Part shown: piece after piece, positions 44,195 to 52,994 of the stretch
Layout: the number at the start of each line of letters is the position of its first letter
How positions within the stretch are numbered: position 1 is the stretch's first letter
Assembly (NCBI GenBank): GCA_009838035.1
Contig: VXSK01000023.1
Location: forward strand, 74,581 to 138,580
Source of the DNA: Gammaproteobacteria bacterium
GTDB taxonomy: Bacteria; Pseudomonadota; Gammaproteobacteria; Steroidobacterales; Foliamicaceae
Length of the DNA: 64,000 bases
Direction of reading: 5' to 3'
Notes under the pieces: model-generated
What the model was told of the DNA's origin: nothing
Seen by the model: only the letters and a program-made list of their open reading frames with translations
Databases searched by the model: none
Program-made: the position numbers and the translations under genes

Positions 44195-45622
44195 ATGAGC
44201 GATAACTACGACGTCATCATCATCGGCGCGGGTTCGACCGGAATGCCAACGGGCATTTTCGCGGCGGAACGCGGTGCCAGGGTGCTGCAGATCGAGGCGG
44301 ACAAGCGGATCGGGGGGACGCTGTACTGGTCGTCGGGACAGATGAGCGCGGCCGGCACCCGGCTGCAGGAGGCCGCCGGGATCGATGACAGCGCCGAAGA
44401 GCACTACGAGGACGCCATGCGCATCTGCAACGGCACGATGGACCCGGCCCTGGGGCGCATGGCGATCGAAAACGCGAGCGACACGCTGGACTGGCTCACG
44501 GGCCTGGGCTTCGAGCCGCTGCCCGGCCACCCGGTCGCCGGCAGCGCCCATGAGCCCTACCGCACGCGGCGCTACTGCTGGGGCGAAAAGCTGGGCGTCA
44601 GCGTCCTCGAGGCCATGACGCCCCCGTTCGAACGGCTGATCGCGGACAGCCGCATCGATCTCAGGCTTGAAACGCGATTCACGCGGCTGCTCCAGGACGA
44701 TTCCGGCGCCGTGACCGGCGTGGAAGTGGAAACGGCGTCCGGATCCACGGAACGCCATTACGGACGGAATGTCGTCCTTGCTTCGGGGGGCTATGCGGCG
44801 AACCTCGAGATGTGGGCCGAAATCACGCCGCAGTACGCGCTGACCTCCTACTGCAATCCGTACTCGCGCGGCGACGGCATCCGCGCGGCGCGGGAACTGG
44901 GCGCCACGGTGTCGGGCGGCGACTCGTTCCTCACGACCGTGGCCGGCTTCCGGCAAGACGCCGACGACCCGCTGTCGGGCGCCCACCTGCGCCTGAACCC
45001 GGCCATTCGCAAACCCTGGGAGTTCTACGTGAACGGCGAGGGCAGGCGGTTCGTGCGCGAGGACCATCCCAGCATCGACCACATCGAACGGGCCGTGCTG
45101 GCATTGCCGGGCTTCATCCTCTACGTGATATTCGACGAACCGATGCGGCAGAACGCGCCGGTGATCACGCTGGAGACCCGCGAGGAAATGGCGGCGCGGT
45201 TCGGCAAGCACGCGCATTTTCTCAAGGCCGACAGCCTTGCCGATCTGGCCGCACAGATCGGAGCGGACCCCGAAACGCTGGAGCAAACCACCGCGCAGTT
45301 CAACCAGGCGGTGGAGTCGCGCCACGATCCCGAGTTCGGCCGCGAGCACATGATCCGCCCGATCGGCACGCCGCCGTTCTACGCGGTCAAGGCGGTCGGC
45401 TTTACCGTGATCAGCCCGGCGGGCATCGACGTCGACGCGGACTTGCGGGTCCTGCGCGAAGACGGCTCGGCGATCCCGAACCTGTATGCCGCGGGAGAGG
45501 CGCTGGGCTTCAGCAAGCTCAGCGGCAACGCCTTCGTGGGCGGCATGTCCCTGACGCCGGCGATCACCTTCGGACGCCTGCTCGGCCGGGACATTCTCAG
45601 TTGGGAGAACGGCGGGGCCTGA
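44195..45622 (+). CDS. FAD-dependent oxidoreductase (fumarate reductase / 3-ketosteroid dehydrogenase flavoprotein-like)
   Basis: 475-aa ORF with YDVIIIGAGSTG dinucleotide motif and C-terminal FAD contact region (LYAAGEALG). Confidence 0.8.
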   Translation: MSDNYDVIIIGAGSTGMPTGIFAAERGARVLQIEADKRIGGTLYWSSGQMSAAGTRLQEAAGIDDSAEEHYEDAMRICNGTMDPALGRMAIENASDTLDWLTGLGFEPLPGHPVAGSAHEPYRTRRYCWGEKLGVSVLEAMTPPFERLIADSRIDLRLETRFTRLLQDDSGAVTGVEVETASGSTERHYGRNVVLASGGYAANLEMWAEITPQYALTSYCNPYSRGDGIRAARELGATVSGGDSFLTTVAGFRQDADDPLSGAHLRLNPAIRKPWEFYVNGEGRRFVREDHPSIDHIERAVLALPGFILYVIFDEPMRQNAPVITLETREEMAARFGKHAHFLKADSLADLAAQIGADPETLEQTTAQFNQAVESRHDPEFGREHMIRPIGTPPFYAVKAVGFTVISPAGIDVDADLRVLREDGSAIPNLYAAGEALGFSKLSGNAFVGGMSLTPAITFGRLLGRDILSWENGGA

Positions 45623-45639
45623 CCGCCGGAAAGGGCCGC

Positions 45640-46500
45640 ATGTCCGGCATCGTCGACATCGTCTGCAATCTCTATACGCCGCAAACGGTAGCGGAGGGCC
45701 GCACCGGCCTGGACACAGCGTTCAGGGACCAGATCCGCATGCCCGAGGACATGCGCGGCGGCGTCGAGATCGCCGACTACCTCGCACGGATGGACCGAGC
45801 CGGGATCGAACGGTCGCTGCTCGTCGCCGTGCGCGCTGGGCAAATGGGCCTCAAGGACTCCTTCGAGGTTCCCTATGAATATGTCAGCGATGTGTGCGCG
45901 GAGTATCCGGCGCGCTTCTCGGGCCTGGCGGGGATCGACCCGACGCGCGGAATGGAGGGGCTGAAGGACCTGGAATACGCCGTCAAGGAGCTGGGCTTCG
46001 TCGGCGCCCACTGGTACCCGCACTGGTTCGCGATGCCGCCCGACGCGGCCCGCATGTATCCCTACTACGCCAAGTGTTGCGAGCTCGATATCCCGATCAT
46101 GATGCAGGTCGGCCAGAACCTCATCTACAGCCGCTCTAAGCGCCTGCCTTCGGTGGGCCGGCCGATCGCGCTGGACCCGGTGGCCGTCGATTTTCCCGAT
46201 CTGAAGCTGATCGGCATCCACATCGGCGTGCCGTGGACCGAGGAGATGATCGCCATGTGCTGGAAGCACGAAAATGTCTATACCGCCGGCGACGCTTACG
46301 CACCCCGCTACTGGCCGGCGCCTTTCGTCCACTACCTGAACTCGTACGGGCGCGACAAGGTGATGTTCGGCACCGACTGGCCGGTCATCGACCCCGAGCG
46401 CGCGGTGGCCGAAGTCAACGGACTGGAACTCAGGCCGGAATCCCGGCAGCGCCTGCTGCGCGACAACGCGCTGAAGGTCTTCCGGCTCCCCTCGCAGTGA
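45640..46500 (+). CDS. amidohydrolase-2 family metal-dependent hydrolase (paralog of 188..1060)
   Basis: ATG at 45640 (MSGIVDIVCNLYTPQ). Shares long stretches with the first gene (RFSGLAGIDPT, YAKCCELD, VGRPIALD, LKLIGIH, EEMIAM). Confidence 0.8.
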   Translation: MSGIVDIVCNLYTPQTVAEGRTGLDTAFRDQIRMPEDMRGGVEIADYLARMDRAGIERSLLVAVRAGQMGLKDSFEVPYEYVSDVCAEYPARFSGLAGIDPTRGMEGLKDLEYAVKELGFVGAHWYPHWFAMPPDAARMYPYYAKCCELDIPIMMQVGQNLIYSRSKRLPSVGRPIALDPVAVDFPDLKLIGIHIGVPWTEEMIAMCWKHENVYTAGDAYAPRYWPAPFVHYLNSYGRDKVMFGTDWPVIDPERAVAEVNGLELRPESRQRLLRDNALKVFRLPSQ

Positions 46501-48041
46501 TGGGTTCGAACGGCGTTCCCGACCTGCCTGCCTCGTACCGGCCGCTGTCCGTGGCCGGCGGCATCCGGGCCGCCATGAGCCGCGACCCCGAAAAGATCGC
46601 CGTGCGCCATGGCGATCAGGAGCGGAGTTACCGCGACCTGGTGTCCCGAATCGACCGGGTCAGCGCGTGGATGCTGGACGGGCTCAAGCTCGAACCGGGC
46701 GCCCACGGCGCCATCCTGGCCGGGAACTGCATCGATTACCTGGAGATCGTGGCGGGCGCGGCCCAGGCAGGGATTCCGCTGGCGACCGTCAATCCCGGGC
46801 TGAGCCCCAGGGAGGTGGCGGGCATCTGCGACGATGCCGAAGCGCGGGTGCTGTTCGTCGATGCCGAACGCGCCGAGCTTGCGCGGGACACGGACTTCGC
46901 CTCGGTCGAGCAGGTGTTCGTCCTCGGCGACGATCTCGAGCGCCGTCTGACCGCCGCCCGGCCGCGGGCCGACTTGGCGCCGGTGCATGAGTGGGAGACC
47001 TTCACGATTCCCTACACCTCGGGCACCACCGGCAAGCCCAAGGGCGTGCTGGTTTCGCACCGGTCGCGGATCCTGCAGTTCCACGGAATGGCGTCCGAGT
47101 ACGGTTGTTATTCGCCGGACGACCGGTTCCTGGGATTTACGCCGCTGTGCCACGGCGGCGGCCTCGCGTTCAGCATTGCCTCGATTTACCTCGGCGGACA
47201 GCTTGAACTGTTGTCGCGCTTCGACCCCGGGGAAGTGCTGCGCCGGCTGGACGAGGGCGCGGCGACCGGCGTGTTCATGGTGCCCACCCACTTTCACGCC
47301 ATCTTCGCGCTGGAAAAGGCGGTGCTTGCGAAGCACGCCACCCCGGCGCTCAAGTCCATCATCTCCAACGCCGCCGCGCTGCCACAGGCCACCAAGGAGC
47401 GGATCGTGGACCACTTCGGCGACGGCATACTCCACGAGACCTACGGGTCCACCGAGGCCGGCATCGTATGCAACCTGCGCCCCGCCGACCAGCTTCGCAA
47501 GCAGCGCTGCGTGGGGCAGCCGTTCACGTCCACCGAGGTCAGGCTGCTGGACGAAAACGGCGAGGTTGGACCCGGAGAAGTCGGCGAGCTGTTTTCGAAC
47601 AGCCCTTTCCTGTTCAACGGCTACTGGCGAAAGCCCCGCGAGACCGCCGGGGCCTTTCGCGACGGCTGGGTGTCGGTGGGCGACCTGGCCCGGCGCGACG
47701 AAGAGGGCTACATCTATATCGTCGATCGGAAGAAGGACATGGTGATCAGCGGCGGCGTCAACATCTTCCCGCGCGAAGTCGAGGAGGAACTGGTGCGACA
47801 TCCGGACGTCCTCGACGCCGCAGTGGTGGGCGTGCCCGACGAGCGCTGGGGCGAAAGCCTCAAGGCCTTCGTGGTGCTGCGCGCCGGCCTGACGCTTAAC
47901 GCGGAGGAACTCGCGACTTTCTGCGAGGGCCGGCTGGCCCGCTTCAAGATACCCAGGACCGTCGAGACCCTCCCTGCCCTGCCGCGAAACGCTTACGGCA
48001 AGGTGCTGAAGGGCGAGCTAAGGAACGACCGTCCGGCCTGA
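46500..48041 (+). CDS. AMP-dependent acyl-CoA synthetase/ligase
   Basis: ATG at 46500 shares its A with the upstream stop codon (TGATG). AMP-binding signature YTSGTTGKPKGV. C-terminal Lys context (NAYGKVLK). Confidence 0.85.
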   Translation: MGSNGVPDLPASYRPLSVAGGIRAAMSRDPEKIAVRHGDQERSYRDLVSRIDRVSAWMLDGLKLEPGAHGAILAGNCIDYLEIVAGAAQAGIPLATVNPGLSPREVAGICDDAEARVLFVDAERAELARDTDFASVEQVFVLGDDLERRLTAARPRADLAPVHEWETFTIPYTSGTTGKPKGVLVSHRSRILQFHGMASEYGCYSPDDRFLGFTPLCHGGGLAFSIASIYLGGQLELLSRFDPGEVLRRLDEGAATGVFMVPTHFHAIFALEKAVLAKHATPALKSIISNAAALPQATKERIVDHFGDGILHETYGSTEAGIVCNLRPADQLRKQRCVGQPFTSTEVRLLDENGEVGPGEVGELFSNSPFLFNGYWRKPRETAGAFRDGWVSVGDLARRDEEGYIYIVDRKKDMVISGGVNIFPREVEEELVRHPDVLDAAVVGVPDERWGESLKAFVVLRAGLTLNAEELATFCEGRLARFKIPRTVETLPALPRNAYGKVLKGELRNDRPA

Positions 48042-48049
48042 GGTCGCCG

Positions 48050-49492
48050 CTAATCGCGCGCCGCCGCCGGGGCGCCGATCGCGTCCGCCGTACCGCGCAT
48101 TTGGGCGAGCTGCTTCTCGGTAAGCCGGTAGGAAACCAGCCAGAACAGCGCCAGCGCCTGCAGGGTCGCGGGAATCCAGGCCTTGCCGTTAACGATGGCG
48201 GTAATCGCGCTGTCCGGCTGCTCCACGGCGCCCAGCGTGGTCTCCACCAGGCCCGCGGCGGAAAAGTAGAAGCCCATCAGCAGGGGACCCAGCGCGAAGC
48301 CGGTCTTTTCGACAAAGCCCAGAACTCCGGTGTAGAGCGCGGTGCGGACCTTGCCGGTCCGGATGCGGTCGTATTCGATCGTGTCGGGCAGCATCGAGAA
48401 CCCGATCGTCAGGCCCCCCGCGCCGAATATGCCGACGAAACAGGATCGCAGGACGAACACGACGTCGCCTTCCGTGGGCGTGGCGAAGGCCCATGAGATG
48501 AGCGTGATCGCGGAGCCGACAATCGCGACCATGTAAACCCAGCGTTTGTCCTTGCCGCGGCTGAAATAAGCCCAGAGCGGCACCGTGCAAAGGCCGGCGA
48601 AGTTGCCCGCCAGGGTGGAAAGCGCCAGGCCCCCTTCGCCCCGCTCCAGGAAATAGGTCATATAGAACAGCAGGGCGCTGCCGTTGACGCCCACGCCCAG
48701 GTACAGCGTGGCCTTGAGCGCGGCGAGAGTAAGGAAGGGCCGGTTGTTCGCCAGCGCCCGAAAGTAATCGGCGATCGAATAGCGGTCCTGCTGCGAGCTG
48801 GGCAACTCCCGAGCGCGCCGGGTCAGCAGTACCGTCGTCATCATGGTTGCGGCGATCAGGATGCCGACCAGGATCGCGACGATCCCGTAGGCCCTGCGAT
48901 CGGCGCCCATGTAATTGATCAACGCCGGCATGCCGGCGCCGATGAGAATGCCTGCGAAGTTGGAATACCCCACCCGCCACGCCATGATCGACGTTCGCTC
49001 GTTGTAGTCGTCGGTCATTTCCGCGGGCATCGCCATGAACGGCACGTAGAACAGCGTGTAGCCGGTGAAATAGGCGATCAGCACGATGAGCTGGTAGATC
49101 GCGAGGGCATTCATCGACGCCAGCGCCGGCGCGTTGAACGTGAGGATCAGCGCCAGTCCGGACATGAAGGCGCCCAGCGCCATCCACGGGCGCCGCCGGC
49201 CCCAGCGGCTGCGGGTTGTGTCGCTCAGAAACCCGATCATCGGGTCGCTGAATACGTCGTAGATCCTGGTGATGAACAGGATGAGGCCTGCCAGGGCCGG
49301 GTCCACGCCCAGGTGATTGACCAGGAAGTAGAGGACGAAGACATTGACGATGTACAGCATCCCCAGGCAGCCCATCGAGCCCACTCCCCAGCCCGCCTTG
49401 AGCGACAGGGGCAGCTTGCCGACGTAGCCTGGCGGGTGCTGTTGCGGCGGTCCGGCCACGGCCCGAGCCTTCCCGCTGTCCGCGGCGGCCAT
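48050..49492 (-). CDS. GPH-family (MelB-like) cation symporter
   Basis: 480-aa polytopic ORF with the GPH signature region (RIYDVFSDPMIGFLSDTTRSRWGRRRPW). Confidence 0.8.
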   Translation of the reverse strand: MAAADSGKARAVAGPPQQHPPGYVGKLPLSLKAGWGVGSMGCLGMLYIVNVFVLYFLVNHLGVDPALAGLILFITRIYDVFSDPMIGFLSDTTRSRWGRRRPWMALGAFMSGLALILTFNAPALASMNALAIYQLIVLIAYFTGYTLFYVPFMAMPAEMTDDYNERTSIMAWRVGYSNFAGILIGAGMPALINYMGADRRAYGIVAILVGILIAATMMTTVLLTRRARELPSSQQDRYSIADYFRALANNRPFLTLAALKATLYLGVGVNGSALLFYMTYFLERGEGGLALSTLAGNFAGLCTVPLWAYFSRGKDKRWVYMVAIVGSAITLISWAFATPTEGDVVFVLRSCFVGIFGAGGLTIGFSMLPDTIEYDRIRTGKVRTALYTGVLGFVEKTGFALGPLLMGFYFSAAGLVETTLGAVEQPDSAITAIVNGKAWIPATLQALALFWLVSYRLTEKQLAQMRGTADAIGAPAAARD

Positions 49493-49494
49493 GC

Positions 49495-50673
49495 TCAGTC
49501 CCCGGCGGCCATTTCGCGTAGGCGCGGAAACACCTCGTGGCCGAGAAGTTCCAGGTTGCGCAGCGTGTGGCCGTAGTCTTCCACGGCGAAGTGGGAAACG
49601 CCCAGGTGGCCCACGCCGAACCTCACGCGCAGCTCGTTCAGTTGCCGCGCCACCGTTTCGGGACTTCCGACAATGATCTGGCGCGTCTCAAGCGCCTTCT
49701 CGTATCCCTGGGTGAAGAAGGCATAGGGCGTCCCGCCCATGTACCGGCGCCTGGCGATGGCCGCCTCCCGGCTCACGTAGCCCGGCGGCGCCATCCAGGC
49801 GCCCACGTCGGGATGGATCTTCATGTCCACCATGCTCGTGACCTGCGCCACCCGGCCTCCGAACTGCTCCCGGCCTTCCTCGAGCGCCTGCTCGTCGGTG
49901 GGCGCCACGTGCACGCGGGTGAAATACCCGCGATGGGCGGGCGTCGGCGTGTGGCCATGCTGCACCGCGATCTCGTCGTAGGCCTTGAACAGCGCATCGG
50001 TCGCCTCCAGCCGCGTGGCGAGGGCCACGTAGGGGTAGCCGCGCTCGGCGGCGAACTCCACGGTCTCGCGGCTCGTGGATCCCGGAATCATGACGGGCGG
50101 ATGCGGCTTCTGCAGCGGCAGCACCCAGGGATTGACACAACGGTAGTTGTAGTGCTTGCCCTCCCAGACGAAGGGGCCGGGCTGGGTCCAGGTCTTCAGG
50201 ATCAGGTCGTGCGCCTCGGCGAACATTTCCCGGTTGTGCAGCGTGTTGATCGACATCGCCAGCGACTCCACCGCCCCGCCCCGCACGAAACCGGAAATGA
50301 GCCGGCCCTTCGAGAACAGGTCGATCAGCGCCAGCTCCTCGGCCAGGCGGACCGGGTTGCCGTTGATCGGAAGGATGTTTCCGGCGATGAAGATCTTCAC
50401 GCGTTCGGTGAGCTTGGCCACGACCGTCGCGTACAGGTTGGGCGCGGGAGACATGGCCGCCGGGGCGTTGTGATGCTCGTTGACGACGATGGAGTCGAAG
50501 CCCACCTGTTCGGCCACCACGTATTCCTCGTGATAGCGCTCGAACAACTCGGCGGCGCGCTCTCCGTCGAAGTGGCGATTGGAAAACTTGAGCATGACGG
50601 CGCCGAACTCGGCCGCCGCTTCATGCGGATAACCCAGATAGGGATGGTTGACGAAGTAGTGCAGTTGGAACAT
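49495..50673 (-). CDS. LLM-class (luciferase-like) flavin-dependent oxidoreductase
   Basis: 392-aa ORF with luciferase-like features (GFDSIVVNEHH). Confidence 0.8.
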   Translation of the reverse strand: MFQLHYFVNHPYLGYPHEAAAEFGAVMLKFSNRHFDGERAAELFERYHEEYVVAEQVGFDSIVVNEHHNAPAAMSPAPNLYATVVAKLTERVKIFIAGNILPINGNPVRLAEELALIDLFSKGRLISGFVRGGAVESLAMSINTLHNREMFAEAHDLILKTWTQPGPFVWEGKHYNYRCVNPWVLPLQKPHPPVMIPGSTSRETVEFAAERGYPYVALATRLEATDALFKAYDEIAVQHGHTPTPAHRGYFTRVHVAPTDEQALEEGREQFGGRVAQVTSMVDMKIHPDVGAWMAPPGYVSREAAIARRRYMGGTPYAFFTQGYEKALETRQIIVGSPETVARQLNELRVRFGVGHLGVSHFAVEDYGHTLRNLELLGHEVFPRLREMAAGD

Positions 50674-50676
50674 CGT

Positions 50677-51519
50677 TCAGTCCGCCTTCAGCCCGGCGCC
50701 GAAACCGGTCACGGCGCCCGCGAACTCGACGGGCTTCTCCAGGTGCGCGTAGTGCCCGGCGTCGCCGATCGTGACCAATTTGGCCGCGGGCAACGCGTTG
50801 AGGAAGCGCTCGGCGACGGGCGGCGGCGTGATCACGTCATTTGCGCCCCACAGCAGCAGGGCCGGGTTCGTGAAGCGGGCCAGCGCCGGCAGCAGCGACC
50901 GGTCGTGCATGTACGGCTTGAAGCCGAGCAGCGCCGCGAGCTCCATCACTTCCAGGTCCTGGGTCACCGCGTCGTCGTCGAGTTCGCCCGACCACAGGTC
51001 CTGAAACGCGGCCGAGCGGGCGTCGTTGTAGCCGAACGAGATGTACCGGCGGTAGGGCATCAGGAACAGGTCCGGCGTGTTCATCTCGCCGGTGGCGGTG
51101 CCCTGCGAACCAACCAGAACCAGTCCCGCGAACCGTCCGGGTTCCATCGAAGTCATTTCCGCCGCGATCCAGCCGCCCATCGAAGCGCCGCCCAGGATGC
51201 AGTTGCCGATGCCGCCGCCGTCGAGCGCCGCCAGCAAGACCTTCGCGACGTCGCGCGCGCTATTCACCCACTCGGGCAACACCGATGCGCCGATGCCGGG
51301 CAGGGTCGGCGCCAGAACCGTGAAGCGCTCCGCCAGGCGCGCGTGGTGCGGCAGCCAGCCGCGCTGCCCCTCTTCGCCGTGCAGCCAGACGAGTTTCGGG
51401 CCGCTTCCCCCCCTCAGGACTTCCAGCGGCGCAAGGCCCTTGAGCGTGACGGTTGCCCGCCCATCGGAATTATTCATGAATAAATGCCGGAGTCCCTCCG
51501 CCCGGTAATGTAGCCTCAC
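50677..51519 (-). CDS. alpha/beta hydrolase (meta-cleavage-product hydrolase-like)
   Basis: 280-aa ORF with nucleophile elbow GASMGG and a C-terminal His context (DAGHYAHLEKP). The start is uncertain (GTG at 51519 or ATG at 51477). Confidence 0.75.
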   Translation of the reverse strand: MRLHYRAEGLRHLFMNNSDGRATVTLKGLAPLEVLRGGSGPKLVWLHGEEGQRGWLPHHARLAERFTVLAPTLPGIGASVLPEWVNSARDVAKVLLAALDGGGIGNCILGGASMGGWIAAEMTSMEPGRFAGLVLVGSQGTATGEMNTPDLFLMPYRRYISFGYNDARSAAFQDLWSGELDDDAVTQDLEVMELAALLGFKPYMHDRSLLPALARFTNPALLLWGANDVITPPPVAERFLNALPAAKLVTIGDAGHYAHLEKPVEFAGAVTGFGAGLKAD

Positions 51520-51608
51520 AGCCGGCCCAACGCCAGTTCTCCGGCTGCATCGGCCAACGATTTCCGCTCGAAGGGCGCGCCTGGCCGGGGGTGTAAAATA
51601 TTTCGGTT

Positions 51609-51905
51609 ATGACCGATGACACCAACGTAATGCCGGCAGCCCGGCCATTCGAGATCGTAACCCTCGAACAGACCGATTCTCCGGACGGTTCCGACGCCGA
51701 TAACTGGTACCGCTACGAACTGACCCAGGGGACGACCACGATTACGGGCTACAAGCAGGGCGAGGCCGACGAGGTGCGCGAAGAGGTCACAAGTCTGGTA
51801 TCGCGACTGAACGAGCGGCGCGCGGGCAAGACCAGCCGCGTGCATCTCACGCGGATCGGCCGCAAGAGCCAGCAGCGGGCGCAGGCGGCCACCCGCAACA
51901 CCTGA
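51609..51905 (+). CDS. hypothetical small protein
   Basis: 98-aa ORF in its own intergenic slot with an acidic N-terminal half and a basic C-terminal tail. I recognise no family. Confidence 0.4.
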   Translation: MTDDTNVMPAARPFEIVTLEQTDSPDGSDADNWYRYELTQGTTTITGYKQGEADEVREEVTSLVSRLNERRAGKTSRVHLTRIGRKSQQRAQAATRNT

Positions 51906-51917
51906 ATCCGGCGCCCA

Positions 51918-52856
51918 ATGTCGATTGACGTTCTCGTAAGCGAAGTGGGGCCGCGCGACGGTCTACAGAGCCTCAATGTGATCATGCCCACCGAGGCCAA
52001 GAAGGCCTGGATCCGGGCCGAAGCCGCCGCGGGCGTGCCCGAAATCGAAGTGGGCTCCTTCGTGCCTCCGAAACTGCTGCCGCAGATGTCCGACTGCGAG
52101 GAACTGGTACGTTACGCCGTGACCATCCCCGGGCTGCACGTCACCACGCTGGCGCCGAACCTCAAGGGCGTGGAGCGGGCGGTCGCCGCCGGCACGCACA
52201 AGGTGAGCATTCCGGTTTCGGCCAGCGAGACGCACAGCAAGGCGAACGTGCGCAAGAATCACCCCGAAATGCTCGAGGAGGTTCGTCGCATCAACGAGAT
52301 GCTGGACGAACTTCCCGAGGAACGCCGCCCGATTTTCGAGGCCGGAATCGCCACTGCTTTCGGCTGCACGATGGAAGGGCCGGTGCCCGAAAGCAAGGTC
52401 CTCGAACTGGCCCATGCACTGGTCGAGGCGGGCTGCCGGGAAGTGGGTTTGTCGGATACGACCGGCTACGCGAACCCCGCACAGATCCGGCGGCTGGTGC
52501 GCAGGGTGAAGTCCGAGATCGGCGAAGAGAAACTCACCGGCGTGCACCTGCACAACACGCGCGGCTTGGGCCTGGCCAACGCCATGGCGGCGCTGGAAGA
52601 AGGCATCACGACGCTCGACAGCTCGCTGGGCGGCATCGGCGGCTGCCCGTTCGCCCCCGGCGCCAGCGGCAACATCGTCACCGAAGACTTGGTGTTCATG
52701 CTCGAATCGATGGGCCTCAATACCGGCATCGACCTCGACCGCCTCCTGAAGGTCCGCGACGTGGTCAACGAAGCGCTGCCCAGCACCGAGATGTACGGCT
52801 TCACCCCCGAAGCCGGCTTGCCCCTGGGCTTCCACCCCGGCTGGGGCACCGCCTAG
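51918..52856 (+). CDS. hydroxymethylglutaryl-CoA lyase
   Basis: 312-aa ORF with EVGPRDGLQ and the HxH metal-site context (GVHLHNTRG) typical of HMGL-like enzymes. Confidence 0.85.
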   Translation: MSIDVLVSEVGPRDGLQSLNVIMPTEAKKAWIRAEAAAGVPEIEVGSFVPPKLLPQMSDCEELVRYAVTIPGLHVTTLAPNLKGVERAVAAGTHKVSIPVSASETHSKANVRKNHPEMLEEVRRINEMLDELPEERRPIFEAGIATAFGCTMEGPVPESKVLELAHALVEAGCREVGLSDTTGYANPAQIRRLVRRVKSEIGEEKLTGVHLHNTRGLGLANAMAALEEGITTLDSSLGGIGGCPFAPGASGNIVTEDLVFMLESMGLNTGIDLDRLLKVRDVVNEALPSTEMYGFTPEAGLPLGFHPGWGTA

Positions 52857-52978
52857 CCCTCCGTTCTTTCCGCTCCCCCTCCTCTTCGGAGACGCATGAA
52901 CCCATCCATGGGGCTCGGCGGCGGCTATCCTGCCGCCGACGCTCCGCAGAGGAGGGGGAGCGGAAAGAACGGAGGGCT
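52855..52978. repeat. hairpin repeat copy D: 31-bp perfect arms + 62-nt expanded core
   Basis: Arms AGCCCTCCGTTCTTTCCGCTCCCCCTCCTCT (52855..52885) and AGAGGAGGGGGAGCGGAAAGAACGGAGGGCT (52948..52978) are exact reverse complements. The core TCGGAGACGCATGAACCCATCCATGGGGCTCGGCGGCGGCTATCCTGCCGCCGACGCTCCGC is the family core with short insertions. Confidence 0.75.
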
Positions 52979-52994
52979 GTCCGAGGTTGCGTTG

